Shown piece after piece: positions 9,528 through 17,749 of a stretch of DNA of 32,000 nt. Below the pieces are notes generated by a model. It did not search any database. It was not told the origin of the DNA and saw nothing but the letters and a program-made list of their open reading frames with translations. Each line of letters starts with the position of its first letter. Within the stretch, counting starts at the first letter, position 1. Both the position numbers and the translations under genes were made by a program. The DNA is from an uncultured archaeon (GTDB lineage Archaea > Asgardarchaeota > Jordiarchaeia > Jordiarchaeales > Jordiarchaeaceae), in assembly GCA_964510585.1 (NCBI GenBank), contig CAZECW010000004.1, forward strand, positions 30,001-62,000. The letters are read 5' to 3'.

Positions 9528-9760
9528 GTCTTTTCCTCCAGAGAGTAAACAACAGAGGCTGGCAACTAATTACTGGCTCAGCGTTAACCAAACGTTGAGA
9601 AATCTTAAAAAAATTTGGGTTATCCTTCTTAAGAACTCTCATAAATATTTTTGGTAACATTATAGAAAATGTTGTGAGGGGCATTTGTCAGAAGCATAGT
9701 CAAAAACAATGTATTAATAATATTTGTTTCGCATAATATTTTTGTAACTTAAAAATTGGT

Positions 9761-10234
9761 TTATTTCAATAAGTTTCCCTGTTCATTGATTTTTCCTTCG
9801 CGAATTCTTGTACTTGAAATGCGTTGTCCATCTTGGGCTAGAATAAGGGGTACTAGAACAATTTCTAGAGGGGGTAATCCTTTTTCTTCACGTATTATGT
9901 TAATTTTTTTAACTCCGGGCAGGGTTTCTTCGGTTGCAACCAAGGCTTCTAAACCCGCATCCATTATAGCTGGACCATAAGGATCGTCCAGGCTTATTAT
10001 TTCAGCCCTATCAAGGTAACCTTCTTCTTTGAGAAAGTTCTCCAATTTTTTCTTTCTCACCTCGTAGGGTTCTATCTTGTTTGCCAGAGTCTTGTGCTGC
10101 GCCATTCTGCTTGTGGTCAGCCCAATCATTACGCGTTCGCTGACCTCGAAGGCCTTACGTATCAGAGCTTTGTGCCCAATATGAAGCCTGTCAAAAGTCC
10201 CCGAAACTCCAACTAATCTAAAACGGTAAAGCAT
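9761..10234 (-). CDS. coaD: Phosphopantetheine adenylyltransferase (archaeal type)
   Basis: GTFDRLHIGH nucleotidyltransferase motif, DPYGPA, ISSTRIREG. Confidence 0.92.
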   Translation of the reverse strand: MLYRFRLVGVSGTFDRLHIGHKALIRKAFEVSERVMIGLTTSRMAQHKTLANKIEPYEVRKKKLENFLKEEGYLDRAEIISLDDPYGPAIMDAGLEALVATEETLPGVKKINIIREEKGLPPLEIVLVPLILAQDGQRISSTRIREGKINEQGNLLK

Positions 10235-10333
10235 AGTACCTTCTCCAACATTACTATTATACTGGTAACAATTATATATACATCTTCACAGAACACTTAA
10301 CGAATTAAAACTATTATAGAGAGGATATAAATA

Positions 10334-11215
10334 ATGCTTGAAGCTAATATTTTAGAGTCTTATAGAGCGGCCGGCGATATAGCGGCGAAGATTAGAGAAG
10401 AAGCCGGAAAAATCGTAAAGGAGGGGACGCCACTAATAAAAATCTGTGATGCACTCGAGAAGAGAATAATAAAGGAGGGAGGAAAGCCTGCTTTCCCACT
10501 AAACATTTCACTAAACGATGTAGCCGCCCATTACACCTCACCTCCTGATGATAAAACGACTATCCCCCCCAAGGCCCTAGTTAAAGTGGATATTGGAGTT
10601 CAGGTTGAAGGCTACATCGCCGATACAGCCGTTACAATCAGTGTAGGTAAGGTGGGAATGGAACTAATCAAGGCATCAGAACTAGCTCTCGAAAACGCAC
10701 TGAAAACAATAAAACACGGAGTAAAATCTAGCAGTATAGGAGAAATTATTGAAAAAACCATAAAAGAATTCGGCTTTAAACCCATCTCCAACCTAACCGG
10801 CCATCTACTAGAAAAGTATAATCTACACGCGGGAAAATCCATTCCAAATGTGAAGACAAAGATAGGATTTGTTCTAAAGGAGGGAGAAGTTTACGCCATG
10901 GAGCCCTTCGCCACCACAGGGGAGGGAATAGTGGAAGACTCCAAGTACGCCTACATTTACCGCCTGCCCAGCCCCAAAACATCAACACAATTTTTATCAT
11001 ACATTGCTCGAGAGTTTAAAACATTGCCTTTCGCAGCCCGATGGCTAATCTACAAGTTTCCAAGAAACAAAATAGAGGAACTCATCAGAAAGTTTGTGTC
11101 GGCACAAATAATTCAAGCCTACCCAGTTTTAGTGGAAAGAGGGAAGGGAACGGTTTCCCAAGCTGAACACACATTTATCGTTAAAAGGAATGGGTGCGAA
11201 ATAATCTCTGCTTAG
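10334..11215 (+). CDS. map: Methionine aminopeptidase type II
   Basis: AFPLNISLNDVAAHYT, KVDIGVQVEGYIADTA, NLTGH, EPFAT, SQAEHT. Confidence 0.96.
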   Translation: MLEANILESYRAAGDIAAKIREEAGKIVKEGTPLIKICDALEKRIIKEGGKPAFPLNISLNDVAAHYTSPPDDKTTIPPKALVKVDIGVQVEGYIADTAVTISVGKVGMELIKASELALENALKTIKHGVKSSSIGEIIEKTIKEFGFKPISNLTGHLLEKYNLHAGKSIPNVKTKIGFVLKEGEVYAMEPFATTGEGIVEDSKYAYIYRLPSPKTSTQFLSYIAREFKTLPFAARWLIYKFPRNKIEELIRKFVSAQIIQAYPVLVERGKGTVSQAEHTFIVKRNGCEIISA

Positions 11216-11634
11216 TACTCCTCCTCCTTCTCCTCGATCTTAGACATGGGAACAGAGTAGATGGCACTTATGTATATTTCAGCATTACAAGCTTTGCAAG
11301 CCCCAATTTTTTTGAAAACGTAGTCACCCTTATGGAAATCTCTAACCTCCCTATAATCACAACCATAACATTTCAAAACTGTCACAGTCTTATATTCCAC
11401 GGCAGGCTTGGAGCGGGAAAACAATATCATAGGATAAACCGCAATAAGAAACGCGAAAAAAGCGTATAGCAATCTCTGATTCCTAACACCCGTAAACAAG
11501 TCCCAAAAAAGATCACTCAGCGAAGGATTAAAGTAAAGATATAGTATGTACACACCAACGGCTGCGACTCCCGCCGAGAACGCAAATAAAGCCAAATTGA
11601 ATATCCTTCTCCTTCTCTGCGACACAACAATCAC
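11212..11634 (-). CDS. Conserved hypothetical membrane protein with C-terminal zinc ribbon
   Basis: Two hydrophobic segments followed by CYGC...CKAC. Lies directly behind the DUF1512 gene; its stop overlaps the map stop by 4 nt. Likely start GTG 11625. Confidence 0.75.
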   Translation of the reverse strand: MIVVSQRRRRIFNLALFAFSAGVAAVGVYILYLYFNPSLSDLFWDLFTGVRNQRLLYAFFAFLIAVYPMILFSRSKPAVEYKTVTVLKCYGCDYREVRDFHKGDYVFKKIGACKACNAEIYISAIYSVPMSKIEEKEEEY

Positions 11635-11640
11635 CCAATT

Positions 11641-12792
11641 TTAACCTATACCTATACAGTTACCTATTCCCGCAACAATAACCGTGTCACCGGGCTTGGT
11701 GCGTTCAAGAATCATGTTTTTTACACGCTCAGCAGCTTTATAGGCCCCATCATAAATTTCTTTTTTCATAGGCGTCAAAGCTTCCTCAATAGACATTTTA
11801 ATTATAACTGCATCCACAGGAACCTTCTGACTCGTTACCTCCTGCTCTATCTTAAACTTGTCAACACCCGGCCCACCAATAGCAGCCCCGACGCCCTCCA
11901 CCACTTTACCAGTCTTCTCACCTTCAAATTTCAACCCGGCGTCAATCATAATAACTCTAGCAATTTTTCCGTTAGCTTCCTTAATAAGGTTAACAATAGC
12001 GTCACCTGGCTTTCCAACTCGCCCTCCCGGGCCGATGGCTCTCACAATTAATACATTTCTACCCTCGAAAGTTATGGGAGTTAAGGAAATGTCTTCAGCA
12101 ATTTCACTGGACTCAGCGTTCCCATCCTTCACAAATTCATTTTTGAAAATAGAAGCAACAAGAGCGCCAGCACCGTCACCTATAGGCTGACCCTCATTAA
12201 AAGCCTTCAAAGCATTGTAATAGGCCTTAGCATACTTCATAATAAATGACAACGCAACCTGAATACTCACAATCATGGCATAATTATTAGTCTCCTTACC
12301 CATATAGTAGAAGTGCCTAATAACCAGAAACATCTGACGCAAAGCCATAGCAGCCTCAAAAGTCATATCAATATTAGCCCTCTGATCACGATCAGCCGCA
12401 GGCGCCAACTTAGCAATAAGATCATCAAACCTAGACTTCCTCACATCAAGCAGATGTTCAAGCCTCTTAAAAACACCTGAAGGATCACGCTCCACAGGCT
12501 CAATCAAAACAAACTCCATATAATCCTCCACAATAGGTGTAGGATCCTTCTCCGGCTTACCCAACTCCCTAATCATCCTAATAGTAGTCTTTTTAGCCTC
12601 CTCAGACCACTTCTCAAGCTGAGTTATAACCTCTCGAATCTGTGCCAAATACTGCATACTCTGAACTTTCAAAATTAGACCACTGAAAATCATAAATATA
12701 AAGAAGACAAATATCAGAATATTCATGATGAGAATGTATGGATCAGAATAGCCAAACGGCAACTGCAGTGAGGGAAACAACATAACCATCAC
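11641..12792 (-). CDS. DUF1512 family protein (archaeal, N-terminal membrane anchor)
   Basis: About 380 aa; IEPVERDPSG, HFYYMGK, QPIGDGAGALVA, GPGGRVGKPG, MIDAGLKFEGE, GAAIGGPG, AGIGNCIGIG. Family assignment is from recall of these motifs. Confidence 0.8.
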   Translation of the reverse strand: MMVMLFPSLQLPFGYSDPYILIMNILIFVFFIFMIFSGLILKVQSMQYLAQIREVITQLEKWSEEAKKTTIRMIRELGKPEKDPTPIVEDYMEFVLIEPVERDPSGVFKRLEHLLDVRKSRFDDLIAKLAPAADRDQRANIDMTFEAAMALRQMFLVIRHFYYMGKETNNYAMIVSIQVALSFIMKYAKAYYNALKAFNEGQPIGDGAGALVASIFKNEFVKDGNAESSEIAEDISLTPITFEGRNVLIVRAIGPGGRVGKPGDAIVNLIKEANGKIARVIMIDAGLKFEGEKTGKVVEGVGAAIGGPGVDKFKIEQEVTSQKVPVDAVIIKMSIEEALTPMKKEIYDGAYKAAERVKNMILERTKPGDTVIVAGIGNCIGIG

Positions 12793-12977
12793 ACAACACT
12801 AAACCTTCACATTCGCAAAACTACTAAAACACACACATAAAAGATTTATAAGCATTCCCAGAAAAACCGCCCTAATACACCCCTAAAAAATAGAAGACAC
12901 CAAAGAGAAAAAGACATCAGAGTTAGTAAAAGACAAAGTAGAAGGTGAAAATAGAGGGATTGGTCCCGCAGGCCGGA

Positions 12978-13009
12978 CTTCCAAATATAGTGTATGGCAC
13001 ACTATAAAC
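12978..13009 (-). other. tRNA-Tyr intron 3, T-loop position 59/60 (32 nt)
   Basis: Central helix UUCA/UGGA, bulges AA^G and AG^U, T-stem as outer helix, perfect 8-bp hairpin UAUAGUGU-GCCAU-ACACUAUA. Removal gives T-loop UUCAAAU. Confidence 0.85.
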
Positions 13010-13023
13010 TTTGAACCAGCGAC

Positions 13024-13053
13024 GTTGGGGCTGAGTACTATATGCACCCAGTT
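13024..13053 (-). other. tRNA-Tyr intron 2, variable loop, about position 45/46 (30 nt)
   Basis: 8-bp hairpin CUGGGUGC-AUAUA-GUACUCAG and central GGG/CCC. Removal gives a 5-nt variable loop AUGUC. Exact register is uncertain by 1 nt. Confidence 0.7.
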
Positions 13054-13061
13054 ATCCCGGT

Positions 13062-13105
13062 GTCTGAGTGCCTACTGGGGTAAGCCACACTTAACGAGTG
13101 CAGCT
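13062..13105 (-). other. tRNA-Tyr intron 1, canonical position 37/38 (44 nt)
   Basis: Relaxed BHB: CUGU/UCAG with one U.U mismatch, bulges AG^A and AC^A, anticodon stem as outer helix. Confidence 0.8.
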
Positions 13106-13132
13106 CTACAGCCGGGCACTCTAGCCAGTCTG

Positions 13133-13159
13133 AGTTACTGCGGGTAAAGTTACTGCGGG
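13133..13159. repeat. Tandem duplication of the first 12 nt of tRNA-Tyr (15-nt period)
   Basis: AGTTACTGCGGG occurs at 13133-13144 and 13148-13159, separated by TAA. Confidence 0.95.
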
Positions 13160-13205
13160 ACCTTTGAAGCGGCTTTTTCAGGTATGATTCCTAGATGTTT
13201 ATTGT

Positions 13206-13220
13206 TAGATAAATTTTTCG
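13206..13220 (-). promoter_or_regulatory. Putative BRE/TATA promoter of the tRNA-Tyr gene
   Basis: Minus strand reads CGAAAAA-TTTATCTA, about 60 nt upstream of the tRNA; predicted start near 13182. Confidence 0.4.
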
Positions 13221-13270
13221 TATTCGCTGATTTGAGTGTATATTTTTTTAAGTGGTTGGGGGATATGTTT

Positions 13271-14155
13271 TTAGGTTAAAGCTTTGGCTAGGGTTCCTGC
13301 TATTTCTACGACGGATATCGGTGAGGGAATGGTGGTTGTTCCAATAACGGTGTAGGCTCCGGCGGTGTATATTTTTTTGAGGGCATTGTCTACAAGTAAG
13401 GGGTGGGTGCACGCGGCGACTATTTTTTTTGCGCCTTTCTTTTTGAGGGTTTCGATGGTTTTTGCTATTGTTCCTCCTGTGGAGATGATGTCATCTATTA
13501 TTACTACGTCCCTGTTTTTTACTTCTAGTTCTCTGGTTGTTATTTCGACTTCTGTGGAGCTAATTCTCTTTTTTTCCAGAACGTCGTATTCTGTTCCTAG
13601 TTGTTCTGCGGCGAGTTTGGCCCATTGTTCGGCTTCTTCATCGGGTCCTATGATTAGTGGTTTTTGTAGGGAAAGGTTTGCTCCTATGTAGTGTGCTATA
13701 TCTGGAACCGCTGTGAGGTTTTTTGCGGGAATTTTGAATATTTTTCTCATATCGTCTACTCTGTGAAGGTGCATGTCGACTGTGAATATTTGGTCTGTTC
13801 CCACTGTTTCTATGAGTTTTGAAACGGTTTTGAGGCTTATTGCTTCTCCGGGGTTGAATCTTTTGTCTTGTCGTGCGTAGGCGAAGTATGGGATTACGCC
13901 TGTTACCTTTTTTGCTCCTGAGTCTTTGAGTGCTTCAACCATTAGGAAGTATTCCATTAGGTATTCGTCGGGATTTAGATACATTGATTGCACTACTACG
14001 GCCTCGACGCCGTTGAGATCTCCTTCTATGCGGATATACTTTTCTCCGTCTGGAAATCTTTTGATTTCTGTCCCGAGGAGAGTAGCATCCAGTTCTCTTG
14101 CTATTTTTATCGCTAAAACATATGAGGAGGATCCGCCTATTATTACTTTATTCAT
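13271..14155 (-). CDS. prs: Ribose-phosphate pyrophosphokinase (PRPP synthetase), copy 2
   Basis: FPDGEKYIRI, PYFAYARQD, IIGPDEEA, VVIIDDIISTGGT. Confidence 0.95.
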   Translation of the reverse strand: MNKVIIGGSSSYVLAIKIARELDATLLGTEIKRFPDGEKYIRIEGDLNGVEAVVVQSMYLNPDEYLMEYFLMVEALKDSGAKKVTGVIPYFAYARQDKRFNPGEAISLKTVSKLIETVGTDQIFTVDMHLHRVDDMRKIFKIPAKNLTAVPDIAHYIGANLSLQKPLIIGPDEEAEQWAKLAAEQLGTEYDVLEKKRISSTEVEITTRELEVKNRDVVIIDDIISTGGTIAKTIETLKKKGAKKIVAACTHPLLVDNALKKIYTAGAYTVIGTTTIPSPISVVEIAGTLAKALT

Positions 14156-14332
14156 TATTATTCCCTCAAGGGTTGTTAATGGTTTAGATAAAATTTTTTA
14201 TGGTTTAGTGGTGACCGTTTCCCTTGATAACTCAACGGTGGCAAAATAATTTTTCGGTTAATAAAGCTTTTGAAGAATTATGGTATAACTTAGAGAAATA
14301 AGGATAACGTTTTTGGCTGGGAGGTTTACCTA

Positions 14333-14884
14333 TTGGCTTGGACGGTATGGATTTGTGGGCGTCCGGGTTCGGGTAAATCCACCATAGCCCGGGTGCTTGA
14401 GTCTCTTTTGGAAGAGAAGGGTATTCGCGCCCAAATCTTAAGTACCGATGTCCTCAGGAAGGTAGTTACGCCTGAGCCAACTTATAGTGAGGAGGAACGC
14501 AGAATAGTTTATGCGACCTTGGTTTTCATTGCAAAGATTCTCAATCAAAATGGTGTTAATGTGATATTGGACGCGACGGCAAATCTTAAGGCTTACCGTG
14601 AGGTTGGAAGGAGGGAAATTGAGAACCTCATAATTGCCTATGTGGATTGCCCCTTAGAGATTTGTATGAAGAGGGAGGCAGAGAGGAAAGAAACTTATGG
14701 GGCCCCACGAGACATATATAAAAGGGGGTTGGCAGGAGAGAGCGCCACTGTTCCCGGCATAGGTGTGCCCTACGAGGTGCCTGAGAACCCGGACATTGTA
14801 CTGGACTCGGTAAAGTTTACAGCCCAGGAAAACGCTGAAAAAATTCTAAAGGTTATTCTTCAAAAATACTCTCAGAATATTTAA
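14333..14884 (+). CDS. Adenylyl-sulfate kinase-like P-loop kinase
   Basis: Walker A CGRPGSGKST, AYVDCPLEICMKRE and VPGIGVPYEVPENPDIVLDS resemble CysC, but LSTD replaces LDGD. TTG start after GGGAGG. Confidence 0.75.
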   Translation: MAWTVWICGRPGSGKSTIARVLESLLEEKGIRAQILSTDVLRKVVTPEPTYSEEERRIVYATLVFIAKILNQNGVNVILDATANLKAYREVGRREIENLIIAYVDCPLEICMKREAERKETYGAPRDIYKRGLAGESATVPGIGVPYEVPENPDIVLDSVKFTAQENAEKILKVILQKYSQNI

Positions 14885-14987
14885 CTCACACCCACTGTTT
14901 AAAAATTATTAACTTCTGGGAGGATACCTACGACTCCTTTTTTGGAGTATAAAGTAGATAGGGGGGTGTGTTTATTGAATGTTGGGT

Positions 14988-15992
14988 TTATTCTAGAATC
15001 TGGTTGTCTAGTTTTCCATAATTTTTCTGGTATCTTGCCTTAAATTCTTCGATTGTGAATTTGTGATTTTGGGTTCCCTCATGTTCTACGGCGTATCCTC
15101 CACACACGGCTCCCATTTGGCATGCTATTTTTAGTTCTTCTATAGATAAATCTTCTAATCGGGGGTTAATTTTTGAAAGTCCAGAAAGTAGTCCGCCTCT
15201 GAAGGCGTCGCCTGCGCCTGTGGGGTCAACTAGTTTGGAAATTTTTACTGCTGGTATGTTGATTTGTTCATTGTTTAAGTAGATGGAGCAGCCGCGTTCA
15301 CCGCGAGTAATGATTGTGGCATCTATAATGTCATCTAATTTCTTTTGCAGCTTGTTTTCAACCAGCCCTGCTTCGTAATCGTTAACTATGAGTATTGATG
15401 CCCCGCTAATAAATTTGTAGAGGTCCTCTGGCGCGAAATTGTAAATCATTTGACCTGGATCTGCGATGAATGGGACGCCTAGTTCTTTGAATTCTTTGGC
15501 GTGGCGGCACATTGTTCCTATGGGGTTGGGTGAAACTATGCCCAGTTCAACGTTTTTGTTTTTCACTATCTCTCTTATTTTTATGTTGCAAGTGTCTTGA
15601 AGGGCGCCTGTGTGAAAAATGGACATTTGGTCTCCTATTTTGCTCGTTACAATGTAGGCTTCAGCGGTGTCTTCCTCTTCGCACACCACTAATCCGCTTA
15701 AATCTATTCCACATTTTTCCAAGTGTTTTTTGTAATCGCGACTAACGAAATCTTTCCCAACACAAGATATTGGAAGAGGATTACCATTGGTTAGTTTCAT
15801 ATTGTACGCTATGTTTAGAGCGGTTCCGCCAAATGATACCTTCTTATTTACTAAGAAGGAAAAGCTGATTCGGGTGTCCCTGCCCCTTTTTTCAATGGCG
15901 TTTCTAAAAATTTCATCAAGAGTTTCTTCAGTAAACGCTATCACATCAAACGCCGCAGATCCCGAAATAGCAACCTTCTCCTTTTTCGGCAA
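14988..15992 (-). CDS. PfkB-family carbohydrate/nucleoside kinase (adenosine/nucleoside kinase-like)
   Basis: GSAAFDVI, GGTALNIAYNM, DPGQ, NDYEA, ITRGERG, VDPTGAGDAFRGG. Likely start TTG 15992; the ORF extends to 16046. Confidence 0.88.
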   Translation of the reverse strand: MPKKEKVAISGSAAFDVIAFTEETLDEIFRNAIEKRGRDTRISFSFLVNKKVSFGGTALNIAYNMKLTNGNPLPISCVGKDFVSRDYKKHLEKCGIDLSGLVVCEEEDTAEAYIVTSKIGDQMSIFHTGALQDTCNIKIREIVKNKNVELGIVSPNPIGTMCRHAKEFKELGVPFIADPGQMIYNFAPEDLYKFISGASILIVNDYEAGLVENKLQKKLDDIIDATIITRGERGCSIYLNNEQINIPAVKISKLVDPTGAGDAFRGGLLSGLSKINPRLEDLSIEELKIACQMGAVCGGYAVEHEGTQNHKFTIEEFKARYQKNYGKLDNQILE

Positions 15993-16447
15993 GGTGGTCA
16001 GGCCTTCACTTCGTATTTCTTGAAAAACATTAAATTCTCTAAACAAATTAAATAAGTAAATTTTATGGCATTTAGAATAAAAATATTTTCACACATTTAT
16101 TGAAAAAAAGCAGTGGAAACCCTTGAATTTTTCAAAAGTTTTCATCACGCAAAACAATTCCGACAAGATAAGGACATAATTATTTACTTTCCATCATCCT
16201 CAATGAATATTTTCGTGTTTTGGCTTTTACATACATGAAAAACTTCTCGTACTTAGAGGGGAAGAGGGCACTGGAAACTCTGTAAAATCGTTGACGAGGA
16301 AAAACAAGTTTAACGGAGAGCGCCAGCAATTACTGTATACTTCTTTTTTATGGTTTCAGGATTTCCCAAACAAATATTCTAAAATTGGAAAGTTTCTTTG
16401 GCTTACTGAAATTGAGTAGAGAAATGAACTAAGGGGGGAAGTGGGGT

Positions 16448-17533
16448 TTAGGTTTTAAGGTACGAGTTTACTTCCTTGGGATCGAATATTTCGGTGTTTA
16501 AAACGTTATTTATGAAGTTGAATAGTTTAAGGCGTGTATCTTTACTTAAATCTGGATACCAGATGGGATTCGCTATTACGAGGCATCTCCAGGCGTAAAA
16601 GGGTTGGAGTACTTTGAGAATCTCTTCATCTTCCGTTTTTTCTAAGTAGTTATTGAAGAACAGATGGTAGAGTTTTTCGAATGGCCCTTCGAGTTTTCCG
16701 TATTTCAGTAAGCTGAAGAAGATGTAGTTTATGGTTAGAGCGGTGACATCGTCTGCTGCTTCTCCCCATTCTCCTCGGCTTCTGTCAAATACTGTTAAAT
16801 CTGTTCCTTCCCTGAAAAAGATGTTCCAAGGGTGATAATCGCCGTGCTCCTGACACAATCTGTGAGTGTACTTCTTAAGCTTCCACCTCCAATCTATGCA
16901 TTTCTTCTCTATTTCGCTGAGCTTCACTTGGTGGACGAGCTCAAAATCTGGGGGGTAAGAATCGGTTAATCCGAAAATGCATTCACCGTGGCCTATTAAT
17001 TCTCTAATCCTTTTCACGTAGAGGTGGGGCTCATTCCTCTTTACAGAATGAATTTCCACTAGGTAATCGGATAACTTCTCTGCACGCTTCTCATCCAAGA
17101 TTGTTAGGCTGCCTCTTTCAGAAATTTTTTCTAAATCAACCTTGTAAAGGGTTCCCTCAACGAACTCCACATTCATGAAAAACTCTTCAGCATCGCCAAC
17201 CGAAACAATACGGCCGTCACTCATAAAGGCTCCACAGTCAAGGGAGCGGACATGGAGAGGCAAACGATTATAGGTGGTGTGCGCTGTGAGAACCACGTGT
17301 GCCCTGTCGGGCATATATTCGTGTCCGAACTGTGAAGGCGCCACGGTTTCAATCAAGTACTTTTTTCTTGTGCCATTATACTCCACTTCTATCACGCGGT
17401 GAATGCCATATCCTGCCTTTTTCAACTTCGCCTTTTCTTCGCCGCCTAAACCACTAACGCTCACAATCTTTACTTTGGTGCCAAGTATTTGGCTGTAATA
17501 TCTTTGGAGTTCGTCTTCCCTATAATAACTCAT
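16448..17533 (-). CDS. Aminoglycoside phosphotransferase/choline kinase-fold phosphotransferase
   Basis: Brenner-type motif HGDYHPWNI, then VFDRSRG and EAADDV. Confidence 0.75.
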   Translation of the reverse strand: MSYYREDELQRYYSQILGTKVKIVSVSGLGGEEKAKLKKAGYGIHRVIEVEYNGTRKKYLIETVAPSQFGHEYMPDRAHVVLTAHTTYNRLPLHVRSLDCGAFMSDGRIVSVGDAEEFFMNVEFVEGTLYKVDLEKISERGSLTILDEKRAEKLSDYLVEIHSVKRNEPHLYVKRIRELIGHGECIFGLTDSYPPDFELVHQVKLSEIEKKCIDWRWKLKKYTHRLCQEHGDYHPWNIFFREGTDLTVFDRSRGEWGEAADDVTALTINYIFFSLLKYGKLEGPFEKLYHLFFNNYLEKTEDEEILKVLQPFYAWRCLVIANPIWYPDLSKDTRLKLFNFINNVLNTEIFDPKEVNSYLKT

Positions 17534-17749
17534 TGAAGTTTAACCCCTCTTAGTAGGTTATGAAGTTCTTTCAATTAAATTGACAAAATTTATAGTTAAA
17601 AAAACTTACTACTTTAATTGTCTTCCTAAAAAGGATTCCTTACTTCGAAAAATAAGGAAACACTCTGCATGTTTAAAACATAGATTTCTCAGAAACACAT
17701 CGCACATTTTAATTCCTAAACCAGTTATTATTGTTGGAGAGGTTGTAAG

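Larger units (their letters stand above)
12961..13144 (-). tRNA. tRNA-Tyr(GUA) with encoded CCA and three introns (78-nt mature tRNA)
   Basis: Cloverleaf CCCGCAG-TA-ACTC-AGACTGGCTA-GAGT-G-CCCGG-CTGTAGA-CCGGG-ATGTC-GCTGG-TTCAAAT-CCGGC-CTGCGGG-A-CCA after removing 13062-13105, 13024-13053 and 12978-13009. C1-G72 and A73 fit archaeal Tyr identity. Confidence 0.93.

Noticed and set aside
9577-9599. 9-bp hairpin CTCAGCGTT-AACCA-AACGTTGAG upstream of pheS
   Set aside because: It has an A.C mismatch on the transcribed (minus) strand and no other sign of an attenuator or T-box.
13078-13103. Possible nested intron inside tRNA intron 1 (GUAG/UUAC helix with CCC bulge)
   Set aside because: The 5' side is not a clean 3-nt bulge, and removing it does not improve the 37/38 motif.
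13133-13162. The 15-nt duplication as a fourth tRNA intron
   Set aside because: The 15-nt registers I tested by hand gave no 4-bp central helix with BHB geometry.
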